A stretch of DNA of 64,000 bases, from the NCBI GenBank assembly GCA_038060895.1, contig JBBTCT010000014.1, positions 28,549 through 92,548 of the forward strand. Direction: 5' to 3'. The first letter of the stretch is position 1. Every line of letters begins with the position of its first letter. Source of the DNA: Planctomycetota bacterium (GTDB taxonomy: Bacteria > Planctomycetota > MHYJ01 > WSZJ01). Below the pieces are notes generated by a model, which saw only the letters and a program-made list of their open reading frames with translations, was not told the DNA's origin and made no database searches. Made by a program: the position numbers and the translations under genes. This document shows, piece after piece, positions 1 to 9,283 of the stretch.

Positions 1-819
1 GCAAAGAGCGGCCGGCCCGGTCCATCGTCCGCGGGCGAGTGGATTTCCCAGGCAGTTTCGCTGGAACGGGAGGGCGATCTTCGCGGCGCTCGCGCGGCAT
101 GCGATCGAGCGATTCAGCTCGATCCGCTCGAGGCGGAGGCTTGGAGCTTCAGCGCTGCATTACGCAGGTGGGCCGGGGACTTCGGAGGGGCGATCTCCGA
201 CGCCGATAAAGCGATTGCGCTGGACCCGCGGAGTGCGTGGGGCTGGATCCACAGGGGGATTGCAAAGCTCCGACAGGGGAACACGTCAGCGGGGATGGCG
301 GATCTCAACGCGGTCATCGAGTTCGATCCGGAGAATCCGGACGTTTGGGACGAACGCGGGCTGGCGTTCTACTCCGCCGGCAATACGTCCGCCGCAATTG
401 AGGACTTCGACAAGGCCATCAAGCTGGCGCTGATCTCGCGTCAGGACTACCCGGCTCTCTTTCGCTGGATGTCCCGCATTCGCGCGGGTGACGCCGAGCT
501 CGCCCAAAGGGAGCTGGACGCGTATTTCGGAACGCGGTGGTTCGGCGACGACTCAAGCTGGTCGAGCGTCCTCGTCGCTCTGGCGCTCGGAAAGTTGTCG
601 CTGGAAGACGTGCTGAAACGTGCTCCCGAAAAAGCGCAGGGAAATCTGGCGGGACGCATCTGCGAAGCGCGCTTTTACGCCGGCGTTGCAGCCCGAGGGA
701 AAGGCATCGATTCCGAAGCGATGGCACAATTCGAAGCCGCACTGGCCGCGAACGAACCGTCTTACCAGGAGCACGAGCTGGCCAGGGAAGAGATTCGACG
801 ATTGCGGGAGAAACGCTGA
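1..819 (+). CDS. TPR-repeat protein with NlpI-like C-terminus (5' truncated by window)
   Basis: Frame 1 is open from base 1. It has repeated TPR-like units (AIQLDP..AW, AIALDP..AWGWIHRG, VIEFDPENPDVWDERG) and a C-terminal CEARFYAG segment resembling NlpI. Confidence 0.75.
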   Translation, partial: AKSGRPGPSSAGEWISQAVSLEREGDLRGARAACDRAIQLDPLEAEAWSFSAALRRWAGDFGGAISDADKAIALDPRSAWGWIHRGIAKLRQGNTSAGMADLNAVIEFDPENPDVWDERGLAFYSAGNTSAAIEDFDKAIKLALISRQDYPALFRWMSRIRAGDAELAQRELDAYFGTRWFGDDSSWSSVLVALALGKLSLEDVLKRAPEKAQGNLAGRICEARFYAGVAARGKGIDSEAMAQFEAALAANEPSYQEHELAREEIRRLREKR

Positions 820-839
820 GTTCGTGGTCCCCGAGCGCG

Positions 840-2306
840 CTACTCCGCCGCCTCTTCGTCTTCCTTCCATCCGCCCCCCAGCGCCTTGTAAAGCGCGACC
901 CGGATCGTCGCGACCGAGGCATCGCTCTGCGCGAGGTCGTTGAGCGCGTTGAGCCACGCCTTGTCGGTCTCCAGGACTTCGAGAAGTGAAATCAATCCCT
1001 GCTTGTACAGGTCCTTCGCCTGGTTGACGGCGCGCTCGTTGGCGGCGACGGCGCGAGTCAGGGCGGCGCGGCGCGCGTCCTGGGCGCTGGATTCGGAGAG
1101 GGCGTCCTCGACTTCGCGGAGGGCGTTGAGGACGGCCTGGCGGTAGGCGAGGAGGGCCTGCTCGGCGCGGGCGTCGGCGGCCTTGACCTGGCAGTAGAGT
1201 TCGGGGAGGGAGAAGATGCGCCAGTTGAGTGAAGGGCCGATGGACCAGGTCTGGGAAGAGGCGCGGAAGAAGAGCTGGGCGTCGATGGATTCGAGGCCGA
1301 GGTTGCCGATGAGATTGACGTGGGGGAGCATGGCGTCGACTTTGAGGCCGATGTCGGCGGTGGCGGCGATGAGGCGGAATTCGGCTTTGCGCAGATCGGG
1401 GCGGCGGGCGAGGAGGTCGGCGGGGAGTCCGGCGGGCGGGGTCGGGGGCGGAAGCGGGATCGGCTGGACTTCGGCGAGCTCCTTGTCGAGCGCCGTCGGC
1501 CATTCTCCGAGCAGGACCGCCAGCGCGTGCCTGGCGCGGTCGGCGGCGACGTGCAGGCTTGGGATGCGCGCCTGAAGGGTCTCAACTTCAGCTTCCGTGC
1601 GCGCGACGTCGAGGTCGGTGGCCATGCCGGAGTCGAAGCGCGTCTTCGTGAGGTTGTAGATTTCCTGCTGGCCGCGGAGGCCGTCGGCGGCGACGGCGAG
1701 CTGGCGCTGCGCTCCGCGAAGCGAGATGTAGTTGCGTGCGACTTCGGCGACGAGGGAGACGAGGACCTCGTGCTTCTCCTCCAGCGTCACGCCGTAGGTG
1801 GCTTCCACCTGTTCGAACGCCCGGCGCTTCCCGCCCCAGATGTCGATTTCCCAGATCGCATCGAACCCGGCTTCGTAGTGGTTGCGGCGGATGTCTACAC
1901 CCGGCTGGCGGGCCAGCGCGGAATTCTTGGAGATGCGCTCGCGCTTCGCCGAGCCATTGAGATCGAGGTCCGGGAGGAAGTCGGCGAGCGCGGCGCCGCG
2001 GAGGTTGCGGCCTTCGCGGAGCGCGGCCTCGGCGCGCTTGATGTCGAGGTTGTTGGCGAGAGCGCGCGTGACGAGGGCGTCGAGGGTGGGGTCACCGAGC
2101 TGTTTCCACCACTCGGTGATGTCGCCGGTTTCGGGGTTGCCCTGGGTGAAGGTGGGCGGCGTGTCGATGACGGGTTTCTCATAGTCGGGGCCTACGGAGC
2201 AGCCGGAGAGGAGGGCGACGACGAGCAGGGCTCGGGTTCGAGGTTTGAGAAAGGAATACGCGGATGAAGGCGAATTTCGCGGAAAGGGCCGCGGATAGGG
2301 AGTCAC
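840..2306 (-). CDS. TolC/NodT-family efflux outer-membrane lipoprotein
   Basis: Lipobox LLSGC followed by SVGPDY, WW..LGDPTL..LV..AL.NNLD, WEIDIWG, RRPDLR.AE and terminal LYKALGGGW. The probable start is GTG at 2306 overlapping the HlyD stop; the start is uncertain. Confidence 0.9.
   Translation of the reverse strand: MTPYPRPFPRNSPSSAYSFLKPRTRALLVVALLSGCSVGPDYEKPVIDTPPTFTQGNPETGDITEWWKQLGDPTLDALVTRALANNLDIKRAEAALREGRNLRGAALADFLPDLDLNGSAKRERISKNSALARQPGVDIRRNHYEAGFDAIWEIDIWGGKRRAFEQVEATYGVTLEEKHEVLVSLVAEVARNYISLRGAQRQLAVAADGLRGQQEIYNLTKTRFDSGMATDLDVARTEAEVETLQARIPSLHVAADRARHALAVLLGEWPTALDKELAEVQPIPLPPPTPPAGLPADLLARRPDLRKAEFRLIAATADIGLKVDAMLPHVNLIGNLGLESIDAQLFFRASSQTWSIGPSLNWRIFSLPELYCQVKAADARAEQALLAYRQAVLNALREVEDALSESSAQDARRAALTRAVAANERAVNQAKDLYKQGLISLLEVLETDKAWLNALNDLAQSDASVATIRVALYKALGGGWKEDEEAAE
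2254..2300. repeat. ~47-bp dispersed repeat (copy 1), inside the TolC N-terminal coding region
   Basis: GAATACGCGGATGAAGGCGAATTTCGCGGAAAGGGCCGCGGATAGGG closely matches 7953-7999. Confidence 0.7.
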
Positions 2307-3358
2307 TTGGCGGCGCCTCCCACCGGGGCTGCCTCGATGGAGACGTCCATCTGCTGGCCAACGTAAACAGGGAGCGCGGTGCGCGGGAACTTGAAGAGCA
2401 CCTGCATGACTCGCGTGTCGACGCGCTCGATCGACGAGCCGGTGAGCGAGTGCTTCGGCACCACGAGCGGCTCGATGCGCACGAACTCGAGCTTCGCGTT
2501 GAGCTCGCTGTTGCCGCGGACGTATCCGACGGCGGCGGCGCCGGGTTTGAAGCGCCATGCGTCGTTTTCGTCGATGTCCACGCGGACGTGAAGGATGTCG
2601 GTCTTCCCGAGGACGATGAGCGGCGAAGCGGTCAGGGCGTACTCGCCGGGGCGGACGTTCACCTGGAGAATTTCGCCTTCGATCGGCGACCGGACCGTGA
2701 GGCGCTCCAGGGCAACTTCGCTCGCGCGGAGCTGCGACTCCGTGGTCGCGATCTCGGCCTCGGCGACGAGGATGTCAGGCGCCCAGGCGCCGGCCTTGAG
2801 AAGCGCGAGCTGGGAACGCGCTTCAGCAACGCGAGCATCGGCCATCTGCGACGCGAACCGCCGCCGGCCCAGGTCTTCTTCGCTCATCGCGCGCTTGTCG
2901 GCCATCGCCTCGACGCGCTTCAGCTGGTCGCTCAGGTTCTGCGCGTCGGCCTCGGCGGCTTTCAGGCGCGCTTCGAGCGGCGGAACATCTTCCGGGCGGG
3001 GGAGGGACCTGACGCGCGCGAGTTTCTGTCGGGCGGCCTCGATCAGGGCCTTGCGGACCTCAATCTCGGCGCGGACGTCGCGGTCGTCGAGCCGGAGAAG
3101 CGGCGCGCCTGCCTTGACGGGCTTGCCGACCTCGACCAGGACCTCGATGACCAGTCCCGGCACCGCCGTCGCCGCTTCGATGTTCTCGGACGACGCTTCG
3201 ACAAGCCCCGCGCCCGCCATGTACGACGCGAACGGCGCGCGTGCCGGGTCGGCGATGGGGGCGCCTGCGGGGACGGGGCGGGCGCCCATGATGACGGTCC
3301 AGATGGCGAGGGCGAGGCCGAGCAGGGCGAGGGGGGGAAGGGCATACTTGCGGATCAT
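2303..3358 (-). CDS. HlyD-family membrane fusion protein (DevB-like)
   Basis: N-terminal TM helix, lipoyl-like G.V.EVLV..G..VK.G.PL..LD, coiled coil, and VRSPIEG.ILQVNVRPGE. AGGAG SD lies before ATG 3358. Confidence 0.9.
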   Translation of the reverse strand: MIRKYALPPLALLGLALAIWTVIMGARPVPAGAPIADPARAPFASYMAGAGLVEASSENIEAATAVPGLVIEVLVEVGKPVKAGAPLLRLDDRDVRAEIEVRKALIEAARQKLARVRSLPRPEDVPPLEARLKAAEADAQNLSDQLKRVEAMADKRAMSEEDLGRRRFASQMADARVAEARSQLALLKAGAWAPDILVAEAEIATTESQLRASEVALERLTVRSPIEGEILQVNVRPGEYALTASPLIVLGKTDILHVRVDIDENDAWRFKPGAAAVGYVRGNSELNAKLEFVRIEPLVVPKHSLTGSSIERVDTRVMQVLFKFPRTALPVYVGQQMDVSIEAAPVGGAAK

Positions 3359-3390
3359 GGGGCGACTCCTTTGGTGAAAGCAAAGGCAAG

Positions 3391-3497
3391 AACGAAAGGA
3401 AAAACGAAAAGCGAAAAACAAAAAACGAAAACGCCAGCGTCGAACAATGCCGTCACTTTTCGTTTTTTGTTTTTCATTTTTCGTCTTTCGTTTCGTT
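3391..3497. repeat. Inverted A-rich/T-rich heptamer-periodic repeat forming a long hairpin
   Basis: AACGAAAGGAAAAACGAAAAGCGAAAAACAAAAAACGAAAA (3391-3431) is nearly the reverse complement of 3457-3497. Confidence 0.75.
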
Positions 3498-4259
3498 GTT
3501 GCCGTTTTTCTCCACGGCAACTCCACGCCCCCGGGCATCCGGAGGGCGGGGTCCACCTTTCGTCACGGAGACAACGCGGCCGTCGTCCATCCGGGCGATG
3601 CGGTCCGCGAACTCGAAAATACGCGCGTCGTGCGTCACCACGACCAGCGCCCGGTCGGCGCCGGAAGCGACTTCACGCATGAGCTCCATCACCTTGTGCC
3701 CCGTCTCGTGGTCGAGCGAGCTCGTAGGTTCGTCGCAGACGATCAGCCGCGGGTTGTGCACGAGCGCCCGCGCGATCGCGACCCGCTGCTGCTGGCCGCC
3801 GGAGAGTTTCGACGGAAGAGCCTTCCAACGGTCGCCGATGGCGACGCGATTGAGGAGTTCGCGCCCGCGATCAACGGCCTCGGAGTGGCGCACCCCGGCG
3901 ATCAGCAGGGGTATCGCGACGTTTTCGGCGATCGTGAGGGTGGGAAGGAGATTGAACTGCTGGAAGACAAAGCCGATGTTCTCGCCGCGGAAGCGCGTGC
4001 GACGCGAGCCGGACATCGCCTTGAGGTCTTCGCCGAAAACGCTGACCTCGCCTGCATCGTGGTCGAGGATTCCGGCGATGACGGAAATGAGCGTGGTTTT
4101 CCCGCAGCCCGAAGGACCGACCAGCATGAGCAATTCCCCCTGCCGGACCTCGAGGTCGATCCCGCGGAGCGCCGTGACGAGCGACTGCCCGGAGCCGTAG
4201 GCTTTCGTGACCCCGGTGCAGGAGACGGCGATCTGGGTGGCGGTTTCGGTCATCGTCAT
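3474..4259 (-). CDS. ABC transporter ATP-binding protein (LolD/DevA-like)
   Basis: Walker A GPSGCGKT, GFVFQQFNL, signature LSGGQQQRVAIARAL, Walker B IVCDEPT, and VVTHD. The start overlaps the permease stop (ATGA). Confidence 0.95.
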   Translation of the reverse strand: MTMTETATQIAVSCTGVTKAYGSGQSLVTALRGIDLEVRQGELLMLVGPSGCGKTTLISVIAGILDHDAGEVSVFGEDLKAMSGSRRTRFRGENIGFVFQQFNLLPTLTIAENVAIPLLIAGVRHSEAVDRGRELLNRVAIGDRWKALPSKLSGGQQQRVAIARALVHNPRLIVCDEPTSSLDHETGHKVMELMREVASGADRALVVVTHDARIFEFADRIARMDDGRVVSVTKGGPRPPDARGRGVAVEKNGNNETKDEK

Positions 4260-5416
4260 CCCTTGAACACGATGGCGGGTTCGGCTCGCATGACGGTGCG
4301 GATGCTGAGCAGCGCGGAGAGCACGCAGATGACCATGATCGCGCCGCCGCTGATGACGAGCAGCTTCCACGTCAGCAGGAACGAAAGCTCCGTATCGCGG
4401 AGGAGGAAGCCGAAAAGCGACGCGCCGCCGACGCCGATTCCCCAGCCGATGGCGCCGACGATCGAGGCCTGGAGGAGGATCATCCCGAGGAGCTGGCTGT
4501 CGCGCGCGCCCATCGCCTTCAGCGCCGCGAAATATTTGATGTTGTCCACGGTGAAATTGAAAAACGTCTGCCCGGCGATCGCAGTGCCGACGATGAATCC
4601 GAGCAGCACGGCAATGCCGAAGTTGATCGGGATGCCGGTGTACTTCATGAAGTAGTCGTACGTCAGGTCCTGGAATCCCTTCTGCGTGTACGCCGCGAGC
4701 CCGGTCGCCGCTTCGATCCTCCGGCAGACCTCCAGCTTGTCCTCGCCGTCCTTCGCCTTCACGAGCACGAACGACAGGAGCTTGCGTTCCTGTGGGGCGA
4801 AGAGGGTCGCGCGGGAATAGGTGGTGTAGATGACGGGCTGCGACTGGAACGTCCGCGTCGTCCTGCAGATGCCGGCCACGATCGCCCGGTGGTCGTTGAG
4901 CTCGAGCGTATCGCCGACCTTGATCGGGATTTTGCTGCCGCCCTCGGTCTCGGCGGGCCGCGCGAGCTTTCCTTCGGCGCCGACGATGTCCACGATGACG
5001 GAGTCGGCGCGACGCAGGTCCTCGAGCCGCCCTTCGACCATCGTCCCCGGTCCGCCCGTCAGCGTCGCGTCGTCGAGCCCGACGACATGACAGGTCTGGA
5101 AGCTTCCGTTGTCGAGCCGCGCCTTGAGCAGTCCCTTGTAGAGCGGCATGGCCCAGTCCACGCCTTCCACGCCGCGGACGCGGTAGAGCATCGTGTCCTG
5201 AAGCGGCTTGATGTCCTCGATCATCAGCACTTTCTTGTCCATCACCCAGATGTCCGGCCCCCCGGTGTCCGTGATGAACCCGTACGTCCGCGCCATGAGG
5301 CCCTCGAAGATCGACGCCTGCTGTGTGATCAGCAGCGAGGCGAACGTCAATCCCATGAGGATGCCGAGGTAGCGGGCGCGGTCGCCCACGAGCATCTTGA
5401 TCGCGACGAATTTCAC
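4256..5416 (-). CDS. ABC transporter permease (FtsX/MacB/DevC-like)
   Basis: N-terminal TM, periplasmic domain, three C-terminal TMs, ALKAMGA motif and terminal EPAIVFKG. Confidence 0.9.
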   Translation of the reverse strand: MKFVAIKMLVGDRARYLGILMGLTFASLLITQQASIFEGLMARTYGFITDTGGPDIWVMDKKVLMIEDIKPLQDTMLYRVRGVEGVDWAMPLYKGLLKARLDNGSFQTCHVVGLDDATLTGGPGTMVEGRLEDLRRADSVIVDIVGAEGKLARPAETEGGSKIPIKVGDTLELNDHRAIVAGICRTTRTFQSQPVIYTTYSRATLFAPQERKLLSFVLVKAKDGEDKLEVCRRIEAATGLAAYTQKGFQDLTYDYFMKYTGIPINFGIAVLLGFIVGTAIAGQTFFNFTVDNIKYFAALKAMGARDSQLLGMILLQASIVGAIGWGIGVGGASLFGFLLRDTELSFLLTWKLLVISGGAIMVICVLSALLSIRTVMRAEPAIVFKG

Positions 5417-6069
5417 CGGTGTGCCTCGGCCGCGAGGGCGCGGACGCCGGCCAGCGAGAACTCGTACACGTGGCGCGCAAGCCGTTCGAGGTCCTCGCGG
5501 CGGTAGGTGAGGCCCGGATTCAGTTTCGCGATGACGGGCTGGCAGTGGCGGTAGAAAAGGATCTGGCCGACGACCGAAGCGGCGCAGGCGCTGATGACGG
5601 CGGGTGAAGCGGAGGGGCCAAGAAGTCCCCGCAGGACGGAGTTCAGGTAGTCGCCGAGTGGCCGCAGGACGTAGTCCACAAGGCCGTCGAGGGCGGCGGT
5701 GGGGTCGGCCATTTCGCGCGCCATGAGCTGGCCGTGCCAGGCGCCGGGGCTCTGGTCGAGAACGCGAAGGAAGAAGGACAGAACGAATGCGTGAAGCTTT
5801 TCTTCTGGAGAGGAGTTTGCGGAGACGCCCATATCGGGCGGGTACTTCTTCAGCACGGTTCCCAGGGCGAATTTCAGAACTTCCGAATGGAGAGTCGCCT
5901 TGTCCCGAAAGTGGTAATTGACGGCGGCGATATTCACTCCAGCCTTGGTGACGATTTCGCGCACCGTTGACGACTTAAACCCATTTGTAGCAAAGACTTC
6001 TGACGCTGCCAAGAGAAGCCTTTGGCGCGTCCTCTCGCTCGTACTGGGGTCCATCGTTTTTTCGATCAT
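5413..6069 (-). CDS. TetR-family regulator with CecR/DUF1956-like C-terminus
   Basis: TRQRLL.AA..VFA..GF...TVREI...AGVNIAAVNYHF.DK HTH and REMADPT. The start could be 6054, 6069 or 6078. Confidence 0.88.
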   Translation of the reverse strand: MIEKTMDPSTSERTRQRLLLAASEVFATNGFKSSTVREIVTKAGVNIAAVNYHFRDKATLHSEVLKFALGTVLKKYPPDMGVSANSSPEEKLHAFVLSFFLRVLDQSPGAWHGQLMAREMADPTAALDGLVDYVLRPLGDYLNSVLRGLLGPSASPAVISACAASVVGQILFYRHCQPVIAKLNPGLTYRREDLERLARHVYEFSLAGVRALAAEAHR

Positions 6070-6073
6070 ATGT

Positions 6074-6090
6074 TTCAAACCTCCGTTTCA
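6074..6090. promoter_or_regulatory. Candidate TetR operator (imperfect palindrome TTCAAAC-N4-GTTTCA)
   Basis: The palindrome lies in an AT-rich patch at the start of the TetR gene. A further TCAAAC half-site is at 6101-6106. Confidence 0.5.
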
Positions 6091-6135
6091 TATGTGTATA
6101 TCAAACATTAGTTCGAGTCAAGCCCGATTCCGAAC

Positions 6136-7773
6136 TTATTCTTCGAAAAGGCGCTCCCCGCGCGCCAGCTTCACCGTCGCATGTACCGTCTGGTTCACCG
6201 TACGATTCGTTGGCGAGTGCGACGACAGGTACCGCGCCACCGCCACCGCCGCAATCTGCGGGTCAACTCCCTTCACACCCATCCAAAGCCCCAGCCCCGC
6301 TTCAAACGCCTGCGCCGTGTGGAACCCGTGGTCCTCCAGCAGGTAAGCGCTCGCCATCTGTCTCCACAGTTCCTTCTCCTCGCGCCCCATCGCCAACCAG
6401 GTCGCCACGGTCCGGGCGGCATCCTCAACCCGCTTCCCTCCAATATCCCCGTGGAGTTTCGGAAAGATCTCCTCCATCGGCTCCGCCTCCCTCGGCTTCG
6501 GCACCGGGGCCGCCGGCATGTTCAGGAAGCGGACCAGGTAGACGTCCATTGCCCCGTGCAGCAGCGCCCGGATCCGCGGAAGGCCCGGCGACGCGCGCGC
6601 CACGAACCGCCGCGCCGCCTCCGCGTACGTGAACGCGTGGTGCACCGTGTCCCAGTCGAAGAACTCGTTCCGGAGGTGGAAGCGTGCGACGCGCATCAGC
6701 GCCGCGACCGCGAGCCGGTCCTCGGCGCCGGGCCTCGCCGCGGCCAGGCCGGCGACGACGCTGGCAGGGTCGTCGGAGAGCAGAGTGTCCGCGGCCACCC
6801 CTTCGCCCGTTTCGGCGCTCTCGATCAGCTCCACAAGATCGTGAGGAATTCTCCAGTCCGAGTCTTCCTCCGAGCGGGACGCCCCGGCGATGTCCGTCAC
6901 CAGCGACGCCAGGACGGGCGCGGCGTGCGCCCACCCGATCCGATCGAGCAGCTCGAACGCCTTCTCGGTGAAGTCGAGCGCATGCCCGCCATCGAGGAAG
7001 ACGTGGTCGGTCAGCGCGCCCAGGAACGCGTCGGCCAGTTCGCGCGGCGACGCGCCCTTGGCGATCATCGTGAGCAGGCAGCGTTTCGCGGCCTGCCCGT
7101 CGCGCTGCTCGACGAATTGCCGGAACCATCCGGAAAGCCGGCCCATGTCGAGCGTTTCCGCATGCGGAAGCGCTTCGACCGGGACGGGAGGCGGGCGGTT
7201 CTCGCAATCGCTCGCGACGGCGCGCAGGCCGTGGACGAGGGCGAGGATGCGGTCTTCGCGCGCCAGCTCGAGCGACGCAAGGACGTTCGCGTGGGCGGTA
7301 AGTATGGTGAGCCCGCTCGCCCACTCGTCGCGGAAGGCGACGCCGAAAAGCGCGCCCCGCTTCACGATTTCGACGTCGGAAGTGCCGGCGTCGATGAGAG
7401 CGACGACGGCGCGCGCGATTTTCGAGGTGTTGAATTCGCGGAGGCCCTCGTCGAGGAGTTTCCAGCGCGCGGCCGTCGCGTCGCCGCGGGGGCGGAGGTC
7501 GACCCAGACTTCGTCGCCGCGCATCTCGACGGGGTAGGAGGGGAGGTCGACGCCGCCCGCGGTGAGGCAGCCGCCGCCGCAGGCGTCGAAGCGCCACTGG
7601 TGCCAGTGGCAGGTGACGATGCCGTCCTTGAGGGAGCCCTTGTGCATGGGGAATCCGAGGTGGGGGCAGCGGTTGTCGAACGCGAAGACCTTGTCGCCTT
7701 CGGCCCAGATGCAGAGGCCGTCGGAGAGGAGGGGGCCGTCCTTGAGGCGGGAAAGCGTGGCGAGGTGTTTCAT
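6136..7773 (-). CDS. Rieske [2Fe-2S] domain protein with long helical C-terminal region
   Basis: Rieske ligands CPHLG and CHWHQW, followed by about 450 aa with repeated His motifs (GGHALDF, VHHAFTY, GFHTAQ). Confidence 0.85.
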   Translation of the reverse strand: MKHLATLSRLKDGPLLSDGLCIWAEGDKVFAFDNRCPHLGFPMHKGSLKDGIVTCHWHQWRFDACGGGCLTAGGVDLPSYPVEMRGDEVWVDLRPRGDATAARWKLLDEGLREFNTSKIARAVVALIDAGTSDVEIVKRGALFGVAFRDEWASGLTILTAHANVLASLELAREDRILALVHGLRAVASDCENRPPPVPVEALPHAETLDMGRLSGWFRQFVEQRDGQAAKRCLLTMIAKGASPRELADAFLGALTDHVFLDGGHALDFTEKAFELLDRIGWAHAAPVLASLVTDIAGASRSEEDSDWRIPHDLVELIESAETGEGVAADTLLSDDPASVVAGLAAARPGAEDRLAVAALMRVARFHLRNEFFDWDTVHHAFTYAEAARRFVARASPGLPRIRALLHGAMDVYLVRFLNMPAAPVPKPREAEPMEEIFPKLHGDIGGKRVEDAARTVATWLAMGREEKELWRQMASAYLLEDHGFHTAQAFEAGLGLWMGVKGVDPQIAAVAVARYLSSHSPTNRTVNQTVHATVKLARGERLFEE

Positions 7774-7827
7774 GGCGTTGGCCTCCGGTTTCGTGGGAAG
7801 CAGGATGCCTCATCCCCGGATAGTTAG

Positions 7828-7843
7828 TAAAGTAAGTACTTTA
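7828..7843. promoter_or_regulatory. Palindromic operator candidate TAAAGTA-AG-TACTTTA
   Basis: Perfect 7-bp inverted repeat in an AT-rich island 55 bp upstream of the Rieske gene. Confidence 0.5.
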
Positions 7844-7869
7844 TTAAATCAAAGCCCTGCGAACAGGCG

Positions 7870-7999
7870 CCGTATCCGCGGCTGTTTCCGCGAAATCAGC
7901 CTTTATCCGCGAATTCCTTCGCCGTTTTCAGGAAGTCTTTTTCAGGTAAACAGAATTCGCGGATGAAAGCGAATTACGCGGAAACTGCCGCGGATAAGG
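7870..7999. repeat. Two inverted copies of the ~47-bp repeat (REP/MITE-like)
   Basis: 7870-7916 is approximately the reverse complement of 7953-7999. Confidence 0.75.
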
Positions 8000-8020
8000 C
8001 CCGGCCATCATCGCCGTCCT

Positions 8021-9283
8021 CTAGTTCCCCGGCAAATGCCCCAAAACCATCTTCCCGATCTTCTCCGCCCCGAGGACCGCCGCGTTCGCCTTCGCCGCCG
8101 CCGGCGATTTCTTCGCCGCCACCGCGAGATAGTGGAACACGACCTCCCGCTGGAAATCCTTGTCATGCACCAGCGACGGCGATTCCCCCGGGTGATCCCT
8201 CACGTCCCGCGCTCGCTTCGCAATCCGCTGCGCCAGCCAGTCCCCCTCGGTCCCCTTCGCAGCCGCTTCCATCGATTCCGCCGCCTTCTCGTACTCGCCA
8301 TTCTCGGCGAGCCGTTCCCCCGTCAGGAACACCGCGACCGGGTTGTCCGGCCATGCCTGGATCGACAGCGCAATCTCCCGGTCCGCGCTTTCGTTGTCCT
8401 TCTGCTGCAGATACATGAACCCGAGGGCGAGGTGGATGCCCGCGAGCAGCTCCGGACCGTACCCCGCCCCTGCTCCGCCTGCGATCGCCGGCGCGCGGTT
8501 GATTTCCTCGCCCGCCAGGAGCGGCATCCCCAGCCGCGAGAAAATGATCCCGCGCACGAGGTGGAACGCCGTCCGGTCGTCGTCGTTCGGCAGCTTCGCC
8601 GGATCCGCCATCTCCAGCTCCCACAGCGCCATGTCGTTCTTGCCCAGAATCATGAACGCGATCGCCAGGTCCCGGCTCGCTTCCGGCGGCGGCGCCGCCG
8701 ACATTCCGCGCACATCTGACGCAATTCCCGCCCAGTCCGGCTTGCCGTCCGGCAGCCGCGCCCGCCCGTTCGCCCGCGTCGCCAGCCCCGAGGCCACCCT
8801 CGCCGGCTCCCGGATCGACTCCGGCAGCTCTTCAATGTCCTTCCCCTTCGCCTGCTCCGCCGCCGCCGCCATCCCCGCACACGACGCCGACCACGCCACC
8901 TTCCGCGCCGCACGGTACGCCTTCGCCTTCAACCCGCTCCGAATCTCCTCCAGCCGCTTCTCCTCGTCCGCAAACCGCGCTTCCCGCCTCGCCTCCCGCG
9001 CCGCCGCCGCGCACTCCTGCCGCGACTTCTTCTCTTCCTCCGGCGCCGCCGCATTCTTCGCAAGGATCTCGCCCGCCTTCTTCGAAGCGGCCTCGGCGTG
9101 AAGCGCCGCCGCGTCCGCCTGCTTCGGCTCCTTCGCCCAGCGCGCGGCCTTCGCCGCATCGCGGTCGCGTGCCGCAACATCACGAAGCGCGGGGATCGTG
9201 CCGGGAAGAGGCGCCTCCTTTTTGCCGCAGGCTGCAAAGAGTCCGGGAAGAAGGAGGAGCAACGGGATTGCGAAGCGCCTCAT
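8021..9283 (-). CDS. Lipoprotein with coiled-coil and TPR-like region
   Basis: Lipobox in MRRFAIPLLLLLPGLFAAC, an Ala/Lys-rich coil and TPR-like HLALGFMYLQ. The ATG overlaps the upstream stop. Confidence 0.7.
   Translation of the reverse strand: MRRFAIPLLLLLPGLFAACGKKEAPLPGTIPALRDVAARDRDAAKAARWAKEPKQADAAALHAEAASKKAGEILAKNAAAPEEEKKSRQECAAAAREARREARFADEEKRLEEIRSGLKAKAYRAARKVAWSASCAGMAAAAEQAKGKDIEELPESIREPARVASGLATRANGRARLPDGKPDWAGIASDVRGMSAAPPPEASRDLAIAFMILGKNDMALWELEMADPAKLPNDDDRTAFHLVRGIIFSRLGMPLLAGEEINRAPAIAGGAGAGYGPELLAGIHLALGFMYLQQKDNESADREIALSIQAWPDNPVAVFLTGERLAENGEYEKAAESMEAAAKGTEGDWLAQRIAKRARDVRDHPGESPSLVHDKDFQREVVFHYLAVAAKKSPAAAKANAAVLGAEKIGKMVLGHLPGN

Noticed and set aside
3359-3556. 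Lys/Phe-rich N-terminal extension of HlyD
   Set aside because: It is a translation of the inverted heptamer repeat. The SD supports ATG 3358.
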